Notes: generated by a model not told the origin, from the sequence alone. A DNA stretch of 64,000 bases from Flectonema sp. DT1601 (GCA_964019425.1 OZ025795.1:806001-870000); one strand, 5' to 3'. Counted from the stretch's first letter, positions 47,448-58,535 are shown. Made by a program: numbers and translations.

Positions 47448-47756
47448 TCACAAACTACCTTCTCCCCCAAGATACCCCGGGACATAATCACCTCCTCTTG
47501 CTGTGACGCGGGTTGCTCTGAATTTGCCGGTCTGTTTTGGAACAGGTTCCTTAGTATATTCAATTTTAGTACCAACGAGTAAGCTACGATACCCTGGAGC
47601 ATGAATAACATTATAATGTACGAAGATATCTCCTGTTCCCGTGTCTGGTCGAATGAATCCAAATCCTTTATTCACATTCCAACTCTTAACTGTTCCAAAC
47701 AACAGTTCCTCACTACAGGATGATGATGACTGCAGAAAACCTTCACTAATTTCCAT
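47448..47756 (-). CDS. Cold-shock domain protein
   Basis: GTVKSWN..KGFGFI (RNP1), DIFVHY (RNP2), GYRSL..G..IEY, ATRVTARGG. Confidence 0.93.
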   Translation of the reverse strand: MEISEGFLQSSSSCSEELLFGTVKSWNVNKGFGFIRPDTGTGDIFVHYNVIHAPGYRSLLVGTKIEYTKEPVPKQTGKFRATRVTARGGDYVPGYLGGEGSL

Positions 47757-48080
47757 GTTTTCTTTCAGAGCTTTTTTTTTTTTTTTGTATAAATTAGAAT
47801 GAATATTGAGATTAAAAAAGAATTGCTGAACTAAACCGTTAAGGATACAAGACAGTTTTTTCCATTATTTTTTTTCGGGGGTTTTTTTTTGAATGAGGGT
47901 ATGGAAAAATGCTACATAAAATCAATCAAGGAGAGAGAGTGAGAGAGAGAGAGTAGTGTACTTACAAGACTAACAGTAAACAAAAATAAACCGATCAGTT
48001 TTTTTATATTTTTCTTTTTTTTTGATACGGAAGCTGCATTCCCCGCAACACTCACCGTCATTACTTGTTGTTTATGGAAA

Positions 48081-48118
<38 letters not shown>

Positions 48119-48371
48119 TTGCGAAATAGTGGAAAATTTCCAACTGCAACAATCGCTTCGAACGAAATAACAGAAATACAAATCAGACCTTTGTTGAGGC
48201 TCAAGGAGTGTTTCAGTAAAGAAAGGTACAAACTAAACAACTACCATGAACCACCACATAATCGTTGGTTTTTTTTTTTTTTTTTTTTGAGTGGTAAATT
48301 TGTTTGATTGTGCCAAAAACACAATTATTTTTTTATCAAGATGTAGAGACGGAAATATAAAAACACTCATA

Positions 48372-50681
48372 CTAACCAAGGTGAGCGTATTGCATTAAAT
48401 ACCTTTTACGTGCACTTCTACTAACACTCGGAGGTAGCGTTTTATTAATAAGAACTCGAGGTGTTGAATCCAATGTAGAACGGCAGTTGAGACGATTATT
48501 ACTTAAACTTGATGAACAAACAGGTTTTCGTATTGGGAGAGACGCAGAAAATGATTTTACAGAACGAGCTGTTGGAGTAGTTGGGCAACCAGAGTCCTTT
48601 CGAAGTCGATTTTTTACGTGTGTTCGAATCACTATTTCTTCGTTCACTCCGTCAGTTATTTTATTAACAAAATTTTCATCAAGTGTGTGTCTGGCAGAAA
48701 GATCTCTTTCTCTGTTAACAAACCTCGTCGAAACTTGTTGAACACTACTGGAAACTGTTGGAGGAGGTGGGTTAGAATTATATTTAGGAATTAAACTCGG
48801 TGAGAGTAACTTCTTAATTCTTTCGTCAATACATCCACCAGTTGATGTATCCCTCCGTCTTGTGACACGAGGAGATTCTTTACTATTCCTTTTTCTTATT
48901 AATGGTGAAGGATATCTGATACCAGTAGGATGATCTTTCTCTAATGAAGTTATTCTTTCAAACGTCTTTTGCCCAATAGTTTTGATAGATTTAGTACCGT
49001 CTTCTTTAAGTGTAGTAATGTTTTGTATGACTTCTTCTTTGTGAACACGCCTACTCGCCCATTTGTTGGAATCAGAGACGGGTGTTTCCAACTGATTGTC
49101 AATTACAACAACTTCAGGAGTCTCGTTTTCAGATTTATTTAATGAGAGCTGATCAGCTGCCTTCTGATAGTCTGCAAGATCGGTTCCAATCCCCGAGGAG
49201 GGTACCTCGACAGCTGCTTCACACTCGGGTTTACTTTTCTGTGCATCATTTTCAAACACAACAGAACTACTAAAGGAAGCAGGTAGTAAGATATCATCAC
49301 GGATTGGTGATGGAGTGCGGATTGGTGACGGAGAGCGGATAGGGATGAAGTGTTCATTCTCATTATTAACTGCTTTCGGTGTTTTTGAAAACATCAAATT
49401 TGCTTCCCCACTTGGACTACATAACTGAGGAGGTACACAAACACTTCTAATAAGAGATGGTGAAGGTGATGTACGAGAACTGTATTCACCATCTCCTACA
49501 CGAACAGAAGGAATCCTTCTTCTACTTGATGGGGATACACATCTCATACGTGACGGAGTTGGTACTCGTCGAGGAGAAGGAATTCGTTGTTTGATGATAG
49601 ACGGTGAAGGTGAAGGACAGCTGTTCCGTAATGGTGTTGATGACTCACAAACCAGATTACGAGAAGCAACTGACGGAGATGAACAGGTAGTTCGCAATGG
49701 TGTTGTGTTCTGACGAGGAGAAGTAATCATTTGTCTAACAATTGATGGCGAAGGACAAGTAGTTCGCAATGGTGTCGAAGACTCCTTACCACCGTAGAGA
49801 ACAGAAGGGATTGATTGCCTGGTTGCGAATGGTGATGGACAACTAACACGTAACGGAGTTGTGTATCCCCCTTCTCTCACCACACTACCACGGCGAGGTG
49901 AAGGAATCCTTTGTCTAATGATTGAAGGAGAAGGACAACTAGTTCGTATTGGTGTCGCATATCGAGGTCGAGGTTTTTCTTTTAACGACTCTTCCAACTC
50001 ACGAACAAACTCCTCAGACAACGGCACTTCCGAATGGAAGGCATCCCACTGCACAACTTCACTATCCTCGTTTGGTAATATCTGACTTCCAACTGTTACT
50101 GTAATAACTGTTTGTCCTTCCTTCTTATAACCTTGAATATAAGACTGTATTAACTCCATTAGAGTAGAGAAACCTGGCTGTTTGCTTTCTAAGTGAATTG
50201 AACGAGACTTCCCAAGTGCACCATAATTATTTTTATAAAACGTTCCAAGAACTAAATGTTTATGAGTTTTTTGTTTCTTTAAACAACGAGACTGGAACGA
50301 TATCGGAAATCTTATCATAGCGTCAATCTTGTGAGTTAGTTTTATTGCTAACAAAGTGGCTTCAATACATTGTATCGACTTAGCGGTTAGTAAAACAGCC
50401 TCTGCCGTAATGAGTAGATCAGAGACCTTTCTGTCTTTGTCAATATTAAATTTTGGACCCTCACTGCTGTATGAAAATATTTCGAGACACTCCGTTATTG
50501 CTTTCATTATGTCGCTTTCTTCCGAGGTTTTTATCTTTGCAACCGCTGCTGCTACTGCGGGTGGCATTCTAATTGGAACCATCGGACTCAAACTTACTTT
50601 ATAATTATACCTCGCAGCTGGTGACCCGGATCGGCTAGCTCTTCTGTGACCACAACTATTGCTACGTTCCCTAGTAGACAT
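48372..50681 (-). CDS. VASH: Vasohibin-family tubulin carboxypeptidase (detyrosinase) with long Ser/Pro-rich repeat tail
   Basis: IQCIEA (catalytic Cys), RFPISFQS, HKHLVLG (His), YGALGKSR and TLMELI match the vasohibin core. Confidence 0.85.
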   Translation of the reverse strand: MSTRERSNSCGHRRASRSGSPAARYNYKVSLSPMVPIRMPPAVAAAVAKIKTSEESDIMKAITECLEIFSYSSEGPKFNIDKDRKVSDLLITAEAVLLTAKSIQCIEATLLAIKLTHKIDAMIRFPISFQSRCLKKQKTHKHLVLGTFYKNNYGALGKSRSIHLESKQPGFSTLMELIQSYIQGYKKEGQTVITVTVGSQILPNEDSEVVQWDAFHSEVPLSEEFVRELEESLKEKPRPRYATPIRTSCPSPSIIRQRIPSPRRGSVVREGGYTTPLRVSCPSPFATRQSIPSVLYGGKESSTPLRTTCPSPSIVRQMITSPRQNTTPLRTTCSSPSVASRNLVCESSTPLRNSCPSPSPSIIKQRIPSPRRVPTPSRMRCVSPSSRRRIPSVRVGDGEYSSRTSPSPSLIRSVCVPPQLCSPSGEANLMFSKTPKAVNNENEHFIPIRSPSPIRTPSPIRDDILLPASFSSSVVFENDAQKSKPECEAAVEVPSSGIGTDLADYQKAADQLSLNKSENETPEVVVIDNQLETPVSDSNKWASRRVHKEEVIQNITTLKEDGTKSIKTIGQKTFERITSLEKDHPTGIRYPSPLIRKRNSKESPRVTRRRDTSTGGCIDERIKKLLSPSLIPKYNSNPPPPTVSSSVQQVSTRFVNRERDLSARHTLDENFVNKITDGVNEEIVIRTHVKNRLRKDSGCPTTPTARSVKSFSASLPIRKPVCSSSLSNNRLNCRSTLDSTPRVLINKTLPPSVSRSARKRYLMQYAHLG

Positions 50682-51732
50682 TATTTTAGACAGGTGTCAG
50701 ACCGTTGACTGTTTAATATAATAATAATAATAATAACAACGGATTTCACTACATAAATGTTTTGAACAGACGAGGGAAGGTGCTCAGTAATCGAACAAAA
50801 CGTGTCGACTCACTACCGAAATAAAGAAATAAATACAAGTAAAGAATCCTATCCAAACTATTTTTAAAGAAAAAGATTTGAGCAAATAAATAGCGCAAAT
50901 GACACTCCAGGTGTTGAACCCCAAGAGAGAAACTCATCAGGAAAACAGAAGATCAACAGATGCAAAAACTTTTGTTTACGGCAGCAAAGTAAATCTGACA
51001 ACAAAGCGGTCATTGTCGCCGAATCAGAACTTGCTTTTTATTTTTTCGTATAACAAAACTATACTGTGACTTATATACTTCTGCTCCCCTCGATTAGGGA
51101 AATGAAGACTGTGCGTTGAGAAGCACTTCTCCGAGGAAAGAAATCGCGTGTCGGGAAATTTAAAAAAAAAAAACTTTAAAATACTCAAAGGTAAGTAATG
51201 AGGTTAAACTGATTTAGTTAAAATGTTAGAGCGAATGTTTGTAATTTGATTTACGACCGGAAGAACTATTCAGTTATGTCCCTCCCCCAACCAAATTATT
51301 AATCGAATGAAGCACTTGAGGGAAAACAGCATATTTTTTATTTATTTATTTTTTTCTTAAATTCAATCACGGCTTTTCCGTAACTGCCTAAAACCACACT
51401 CTTGTCTACGTAAGATAGACAGAGAAATTGGTAATTGGAGAACGACAAAAGAAGGGTGTTAAAAAAAAAGAAGAAGAAAAAGGAAGATAAAAGATAAAGT
51501 GAGGATGTATGTGTTCTTCTTTTTTTTTTTTTTTATTTCGTTTTTCAAAGAACATCAATTCAGCTTCCCACTTTTACGCACAAGTTTTATAAAGTCCATC
51601 TTTTTATTTTATTTTATTTTTTCTCACAATAAAAATCATGCAAGGTGTAAAGAGAGAGAGAAAGAAAAAGTATAAAGGACATTTTTTATTGAAGAACCCA
51701 TCCCAACACGGGACGGAGAACTTCTTGCAGGT

Positions 51733-54700
51733 CTACAACTTTGCGTGACTTCCCAAACGACACACTTCAGGAGCGCTGCCAATCTGTTTTGCAACTAGTC
51801 TGAGAATACCAACTAAATGGTCAGCTGTTGGAACAATGAGAGATTTTGGACACAGCGTTCTTACGGTATCTGCAAGGGATCTATTTTCGGTTACGAACAC
51901 CGCGAACGTGTTCGATGGATCTGCTGTTGCTATTGCGGCCTCCAACATCGGTAAGTCTCCAGTTGTGTCCCCAGATACCAGAACTGGTCCTGAAGTTGGT
52001 GTTATTCCCATTGATAATTCCTTGTTTAGATATTTCAAACCGTCTCCTTTTGAGAATGCAGTTTTACCGGCTTTTGCGAGAGTAATTTCAAGATCTAATC
52101 CAGTGTCGTGAATAGTAAGATTACTTCCAGATGGGTCAATCCTCGCAACAACCCCCTTGACTTCTTCGATTAGACTTGCGCTCTCTGGTGATGAAATAGA
52201 GTGGCTGACATCTTGACGTGCGATGACTACTTCACCGAACTTAACCTGCATCGCTGATCCAATAAATGCAAATTTCTGCCAACGTGGTTTTTTCAACATC
52301 AACGACAACTCTCTTGTGACAGCCGCTATCAACGCTGAATCAGCCTGTGTCATCGCAAACCTACGAACTCTCTGATCAGCATCTAAACATTCTCTTCCCT
52401 TTGATGCTCCATAAATAAACTGACCTGGTGGGTTAACCGACACACTTATAATACCAGCATTCTCAGCAGCTACGAGAGACGATTCAATGTTTTGAGCTCC
52501 ACCTCCGAGTGGAGCTGAAGTAATAAAAGCCGCCTGTCTACAACAATGTTTTGCAAAAGACGTAATCCAAACACTGTTATATATTGATTGAATTGATGAC
52601 ATGTATCTACCACAGTACAGGTTGGTTGTTCCATCTCTGTCGGTTAGCCACGCTGATAGCTTTTGAGTTCTTATGAAGTTGAAAAACTGAAGACCATCAT
52701 TCATAGTTGTATTCCAATCTCTGTATTGAACAGACATTCTTTCTAAGATTGCTTCTTCACCTTCAGTGATGTATAATAAATCCCTGTCTAGTTCACTAAT
52801 CTCATATCCCAAATCAAGCATTATCTCTTGAGCATCAGCATCAATATCGAGTACGTATTTACCTTCAGCCATTGGAACAGTTCCAAGTCTATTTCTAGCA
52901 TATCTCAAAGCCTCAACTAGCGACTTGTCGATTGCTTCTCCGTCAAATATTCTTTGTACGATATCCGAACGAATCACTTGCGTTCGACACATCAAATTAT
53001 AAAAATCTTTCAGTGATGTGAGAGCATAGTGTACAGTAACTGGTCTCCATGGTGCTACACTGACCCTGTTACCAGAAACTTCAAACGAAGCAGGTGGGTG
53101 ATTCGATGAAAAAACAGCTTCTCCCTGGTGACTAATAGTGACAGAGTCTTTTGTTATTTTGAAATGGTACCATTTTCCTTTTAGTAGTCGATTGAACCTG
53201 ACGATATCCCATCGGGGAGGGAGGTTTGGTTGAATAGAATATTCAAACGGTTTATTCTCTCTGAGACCAATAAAATTACTAAGTAACATATCAACAGTTC
53301 CTGCCATGACACCACAATGAATACCTTCATGAGTTGTATACTGTCTGTCAAAAACATCACTGTTGGCTGCTTCCATAAACCATTTCCACTGAACATCTTT
53401 ATATCCTATCAGGAATGCTATTTTAGCATGAACCGTATAGCTTAAGGTTGATCCGTGTGATGTTCTTTGTTGATAGTAGTCGTAGTTTGCGCGTAAGAAT
53501 TCAAGAGAGTCTTTTACTTCAACTCCAAGCGATCTCAACAATTCAGAAACCTCTTCAGGTCTTAATAAATAATACAACATAAGAGTATCTGCTTGTTTCG
53601 CAAGTTTGTATTTGTCAGGTGTTTTTCCTTCCTTTTTAAGAATTCTGTCAAGACGTCTGATGTCGCCCCACTGTTTTCTGTAGTAGTCCCAATCTAACTC
53701 TTCAAGGTCATCGTATCCTTTAAACTGTTGAATGATTCCATTTACAACCCAAACCTTCATCTTTTGTGTTATTGTTCTCCACCACTGTAATTCATCAGGT
53801 GTGATGCCTGATTTCTGTTGGAGGTATTTTCGAGATTTTTCTGGAAGTACTTCCGTTGATTGAAGCATCTGAAGTGCTATTTTTAATAACCAAACTACCA
53901 TGATATTAGTATAAGCATTGTCAACGACTCCTCCCTCTTCGCATAAGACGTGTTCGTGGTATTCATCAGGTCCCATAACTCCTGATATATGAACGTAGCC
54001 ATCGGATTCTAATTTTGCGATGGATGCCCAGAATCTCGCGATTTCGATCATGAGGATTCCTAAGTCTCCGCCAAGGAATTCTTTATCATCAGTCGCCTCA
54101 TAGTATTTCCATGCGTTATAAAAAACTGCGATTCCAACATGTCGTTGTCTGCAAGACATGTCTGGATCCCATTTTCCGGATAATGGATTGTAGTGAATGA
54201 CCTGCGTTTCTTCAATTCCTTTATCACTGGTCTGCCAAGGAATCATCGCTCCTTTAAAGCCATGTTCAATAGCATAGTCTTTTGCAGCTTCTAGTCTTCT
54301 TGTTCTGTAAAGTAAATGCGCTTTTGATGCTTCCGGGAATGTCGCATTGTATATTGGGAATAAGTATACCTCGTCCCAGAAAACGTGTCCTCTGTAGGAT
54401 TCTCCTGTTAGTCCTCTGGCAGTGAATCCAGCGTCTATAAATTTATTATTATCACTAAACGAAGCAATCAAATGATATAAATGCATTCTAGCCATCCGTT
54501 GACATAAATAAGCTTCCCGATTACCTTTTATTTGGATGTCAATTTTATCCCAAATTTGTCTCCATCGGATTCTATGAGGCACAGCAACTTGCTTAAAAAA
54601 CGGCATCTCAACAAGACTTAATTTCGCTGATGCTAATGCAGAATTTTCGGTTAAATCACCGTCTTTTGAGGTGTATATGGAAACGATTTTTTCAATGGTG

Positions 54701-55980
54701 TATTGAGATCCCTGTTTCCCCTCAAATGACCAACAGGTTGACACTACTTTCGGATCTAGGTCGTCTGTATCAACCATATTTTGGTTACTACTTTTTCCAT
54801 TAATAAACACATGATGCCTCGCATACATGGCCACGTCTATTTTATCGTGTCGTCCTGTTGTTGTTGCTATGAGGTGCATTCCTTCTGATGAGGATTTCTT
54901 TTCAATAATTTTTATATGCTCTTGATTGAGTGCCATATATCTCTTAACACCGTGATTGTACACGTCACCATCAATTGAACTCTTTACAAGAATCGGTTGT
55001 GAATAATTCAACGGAGTAATGCAAAAAGTCTGAGCAGCTAAATGATGTGAAGCCATTGAAGCAAGCCTTATAGACGATATCCTTGTTCGTCGGCCTTTCG
55101 CATCTTCAAACGTGATAAACCGTTCCATCTGTGCGATAGCCAAATCAAAACCATGACTGTACTCTATAACTTTGTGTTGTAATGGGTTAGTCCATTCTGT
55201 ATCAGCGCCCATCTTAAACTGCATTACAGTCCAGTTTGGAAAGTTTACTAAATCAGAATTTAAAACTTCTTTTCCATGAACGATTGAAGGATTACTGTTG
55301 TATGTTCCTGCTAAGTATGTTGCTGGGTAATGCCAAGCACAGCTTCCGTCTGAACGGACCCAATCACAAGATCCGCGAACACCCATGTATCCATTGCCGA
55401 TAGAGCAAAGTGTCTCACGTAGAATTTCACGGGCTGGGTTGTAGTGAAAGTAGTGAATTTGCCAACAGGTGTCCTCAACACGGAGGGTATACAGCCATTG
55501 TAGTTGTGATATAGTCATTGACTTGTCCCAAGAAAATGCGTCTGATCCCGCAGCACGAAAATCATCTTCAACTTTTAGCGAATTCGGAGCTGATGCAACA
55601 ATCAGCCCAACATCTGAAGTATGACACGCCACGGATCCGTTTATGGTGGTCACAAAAGCAACAACTTGCTTTGGTTTAATCCCCCACGTTGATAGCGTTT
55701 TGTTTATTATTTCTTTGCTGCAATCTGTTTCGATGACCTCGTCGTACATCACATCGCAGATTAACTTCTCCGCCGGGTTGATATCTTTTTTAAATAGGAT
55801 CATCTTACACTTCTCAGATCCATATTTTATTTTTATATCACGCAACATATCCATTGCAGGTCCACCCTCACCACCCGCCTCAAAAATCAAAACCTTAAAC
55901 GACAGGACAGGAGGTTCCTTCGGCGCATCATAAAGTGATGCGGGTTTTTTATAGTCATGAACTATGGTGGGTTCCAACAT
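51733..55980 (-). CDS. GH65 glycoside phosphorylase fused to a C-terminal HAD trehalose-6-phosphate phosphatase-like domain; C-terminal PTS1 (AKL)
   Basis: GH65: RETLCSIGNGYMGVRG, ARGLTGESYRGHVFWDE, GPDEYHE, KQAD, HGSTLS. HAD: TDRDGT..YCGRY.SSIQ, FITSAPL, FSKGDG, VSGDTTGDLPM. Confidence 0.9.
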   Translation of the reverse strand: MLEPTIVHDYKKPASLYDAPKEPPVLSFKVLIFEAGGEGGPAMDMLRDIKIKYGSEKCKMILFKKDINPAEKLICDVMYDEVIETDCSKEIINKTLSTWGIKPKQVVAFVTTINGSVACHTSDVGLIVASAPNSLKVEDDFRAAGSDAFSWDKSMTISQLQWLYTLRVEDTCWQIHYFHYNPAREILRETLCSIGNGYMGVRGSCDWVRSDGSCAWHYPATYLAGTYNSNPSIVHGKEVLNSDLVNFPNWTVMQFKMGADTEWTNPLQHKVIEYSHGFDLAIAQMERFITFEDAKGRRTRISSIRLASMASHHLAAQTFCITPLNYSQPILVKSSIDGDVYNHGVKRYMALNQEHIKIIEKKSSSEGMHLIATTTGRHDKIDVAMYARHHVFINGKSSNQNMVDTDDLDPKVVSTCWSFEGKQGSQYTIEKIVSIYTSKDGDLTENSALASAKLSLVEMPFFKQVAVPHRIRWRQIWDKIDIQIKGNREAYLCQRMARMHLYHLIASFSDNNKFIDAGFTARGLTGESYRGHVFWDEVYLFPIYNATFPEASKAHLLYRTRRLEAAKDYAIEHGFKGAMIPWQTSDKGIEETQVIHYNPLSGKWDPDMSCRQRHVGIAVFYNAWKYYEATDDKEFLGGDLGILMIEIARFWASIAKLESDGYVHISGVMGPDEYHEHVLCEEGGVVDNAYTNIMVVWLLKIALQMLQSTEVLPEKSRKYLQQKSGITPDELQWWRTITQKMKVWVVNGIIQQFKGYDDLEELDWDYYRKQWGDIRRLDRILKKEGKTPDKYKLAKQADTLMLYYLLRPEEVSELLRSLGVEVKDSLEFLRANYDYYQQRTSHGSTLSYTVHAKIAFLIGYKDVQWKWFMEAANSDVFDRQYTTHEGIHCGVMAGTVDMLLSNFIGLRENKPFEYSIQPNLPPRWDIVRFNRLLKGKWYHFKITKDSVTISHQGEAVFSSNHPPASFEVSGNRVSVAPWRPVTVHYALTSLKDFYNLMCRTQVIRSDIVQRIFDGEAIDKSLVEALRYARNRLGTVPMAEGKYVLDIDADAQEIMLDLGYEISELDRDLLYITEGEEAILERMSVQYRDWNTTMNDGLQFFNFIRTQKLSAWLTDRDGTTNLYCGRYMSSIQSIYNSVWITSFAKHCCRQAAFITSAPLGGGAQNIESSLVAAENAGIISVSVNPPGQFIYGASKGRECLDADQRVRRFAMTQADSALIAAVTRELSLMLKKPRWQKFAFIGSAMQVKFGEVVIARQDVSHSISSPESASLIEEVKGVVARIDPSGSNLTIHDTGLDLEITLAKAGKTAFSKGDGLKYLNKELSMGITPTSGPVLVSGDTTGDLPMLEAAIATADPSNTFAVFVTENRSLADTVRTLCPKSLIVPTADHLVGILRLVAKQIGSAPEVCRLGSHAKL

Positions 55981-56166
55981 GCTTGTTGGGGAGGGGGGAG
56001 GAGGGTTTCTTAGCTGTGTTGTTTAAGAAAATAAAAATAATTTCAACCGCTTTGTATAAGAATAAAAAAGACTTTAAAATCTCGCATTATGGGCTCCCTT
56101 CCTAATAGATACGAACAGAATAAAAATAACAATCATTGTCATTTTCATTTTTTTTTTTTTTTTTTT

Positions 56167-56268
56167 GCACCAACGAAGTCGGAGAAGAAACTATTCAGAT
56201 TAAGAGCCGTTTATTTATTATGTCAAATATTATCAACAAAATATGAAGACTTGCTTTTATCTGAACGG
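56167..56268 (-). mobile_element. Family A element, inverted, embedded in a poly(T) tract
   Basis: GCACCAACGAAGTCGGAGAAGAAACTATTCAGATTAAGAGCCGT...TTATCTGAACGG with T-runs on both sides. Confidence 0.8.
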
Positions 56269-56529
56269 TTTTTTTTTTCTCTTTTTTTTTTTTCTTTCTT
56301 CTAATCCCACCTACAACCTTAATTTTTTTTTTTTAATTTTTTTTTTTCCTAAAAGGAAGAAGGAGGGAAGGGAAATAACGGTGGGGAAAAAAAAGAAGGC
56401 AGCGTCTACCTACCTCACTTAATAAGAATCTAATGTTTGTCTGTTTGTTTGTTTGTTTTTAAAACGGAAACTCTCTATGTTGTTATCCAACTGAAGTGTC
56501 TGTAACCCTACTAGCTCTCAATAACATTA

Positions 56530-57792
56530 TCATATTAACACTCTTTCATTGGCCTGTGACGCAGCCAGTCTTGGAGGTTGTTTCATTTTGGAAAATGGTA
56601 TAGCTTTTTCATTAATACATCCCAAATAAGATGATAAGTATTTATCTCCTTTCGTTAGACCAACGGGTCCGTTTTTCCAAATTAGGTCAAAGCCTCCAAC
56701 GCGTTCTTCAGTTCCGGTGTTTTTACGTTCAAAGTCGAGGACGTTAAGCATATCTTCGAACAGGTTAAACTTCATGTGGTAATCAGCTGGGGTCTCAGCA
56801 GAGAATGAAGGAGCACAATTGACCTCAATTAACCATGGCTTTAAGCGATCATCAACAAGAACATCAAAACCATACAATTCAAAACAATGTTTATCATTTA
56901 TCATAATTTTTTGAACAGATTGCAATGATCGTAGTACGACTTGTTGCATCTCACCAAACAGGTTATTAGTTGCTTCTTCTCCGTATGTGCTGATTAAAAA
57001 TTGTCTTAATCTTCTAATCCCCCATTTACAACCGCTATTCGTACATTTATTAGAAGTTTTCTGAATCGACGTGTTGGTCAAATGAATATAACTGTTATCG
57101 ATTTCCTTGAGGTTCATTGAGAACCGATGGTGAGAAAACCTACAAAACCCCCCTCTGTGCAACCAAACTGTCAGCGGAGAATACGAAGTCACCAGAGCAT
57201 ATAAACGTAAATCGTATTTCTTCGATGCTACAAGGTGAGGGTTTTCAATGTATCTCTGAACTACATAAGTTTCAGCTTGTTGACCTTCTTGTCTCCACTT
57301 ATGATCCTTCTTCCAATCTGATATTTGTGAAATTCTAGTAAATAAAAAGATACCCTTTCCTTGAGCCTTTCCAATAGGTTTCATAATCCAAGCCTGCTGA
57401 GGGTTTCTCTTATAGTCAACTTCGAACAGACCGTATTCCGCAGGTAGGACATATGTTTGGGGAAAGAAATCAAATTTTGATGCCTCCTGAAGTTTGTCTT
57501 CCTTCTCGAGGGTTTTTTTCATTCTCTTTAAATTTTTTATCGTTAAATCCTTCCTCGTTAATTCATAATTATTACGAAAGTGATTAACACGCTGATGATC
57601 TTCTAATCTGACATGGTCAAATACGTCTCTCATCCATTGTAAGTCAGCCCAATGTAAATCCCAATCGAGATCGGCGTCTGTTTCTCTCCAACCTCTACTT
57701 TTACAAACATCAAATACGGTGTTGTGAAGGTAGCTTCGAAATTTTATTGAAGAGACCGCCCGCCTTTCGGGGCGATCATCTTTCTTGTCCAT
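56530..57792 (-). CDS. TTLL9: Tubulin polyglutamylase, TTLL9-like
   Basis: VNHFRNNYELTRK, WIMKP..AQGKGIFLF, QRYIENP, KYDLRLY, HLTN, GCKW, DKHCFELYGFD, KPWLIEVN, ERVGGFDLIW.GPV. Confidence 0.92.
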   Translation of the reverse strand: MDKKDDRPERRAVSSIKFRSYLHNTVFDVCKSRGWRETDADLDWDLHWADLQWMRDVFDHVRLEDHQRVNHFRNNYELTRKDLTIKNLKRMKKTLEKEDKLQEASKFDFFPQTYVLPAEYGLFEVDYKRNPQQAWIMKPIGKAQGKGIFLFTRISQISDWKKDHKWRQEGQQAETYVVQRYIENPHLVASKKYDLRLYALVTSYSPLTVWLHRGGFCRFSHHRFSMNLKEIDNSYIHLTNTSIQKTSNKCTNSGCKWGIRRLRQFLISTYGEEATNNLFGEMQQVVLRSLQSVQKIMINDKHCFELYGFDVLVDDRLKPWLIEVNCAPSFSAETPADYHMKFNLFEDMLNVLDFERKNTGTEERVGGFDLIWKNGPVGLTKGDKYLSSYLGCINEKAIPFSKMKQPPRLAASQANERVLI

Positions 57793-58535
57793 TTTATTAT
57801 TAATTGTGACGATTTAATTAAGGGACTGGAATATAAAAAAATAATAGTAATAAAATTAAAAAAAAAAAAAATATACAAACTGAACAACACGACATCGAAA
57901 CTCAACAACAACATAAATAACAGATCAGACGTGAGGCAAGAGGTAGGGATGTTTTTTTCTTCTTTTTTTTTTTTTTTTCTTTTGTTGGTCGAAAAAAACA
58001 AAAAAAAAAAAAAAAAAAAAGAGAGAGAGAGAAAAAAACAATCCCCACCTTCCATGCCATGACGAGTGACAATACAATAAATGACTACAATACTACAACA
58101 AGATATCTTAAGAGGACTTAGCGAGTCTCCTCAGACGGAAATGCGGCTCTGAAAAAAATGAGAGAAACAGACCTACTTAGTTAGATTTTTATAGGTCAGT
58201 TTCTACCAACTCAGGTGCCAGTCAGAACAGATTTATTAGTTTTTTTTTATCAAAAAACAAGAGGCAAAAAAAAAAAAAAAAAAAACATAAAACAGAAGTA
58301 AACCCAAGTGTAATAAGCTGGCAGGCAGCTATTTAGACGACATGAACAAAAAGAAATGAAAAAAAATGAGAATTTTAACTTGCCTCCATAAATACAAAAA
58401 TACATAACAAGATAGGAATACAAAACAAAAAATATTACTGTTAAAGCTTACGAAGTAAATCGTTGTTAACCAAATAGAATAGTTTCTAACGGGGTAGCTG
58501 TTAATATAAAAGAGAAGTAAAGAAGATGGCAGCAT

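Noticed and set aside
51255..51275. GACCGGAAGAACTATTCAGTT, similar to the family A end
   Set aside because: Too short and degenerate to call as a copy.
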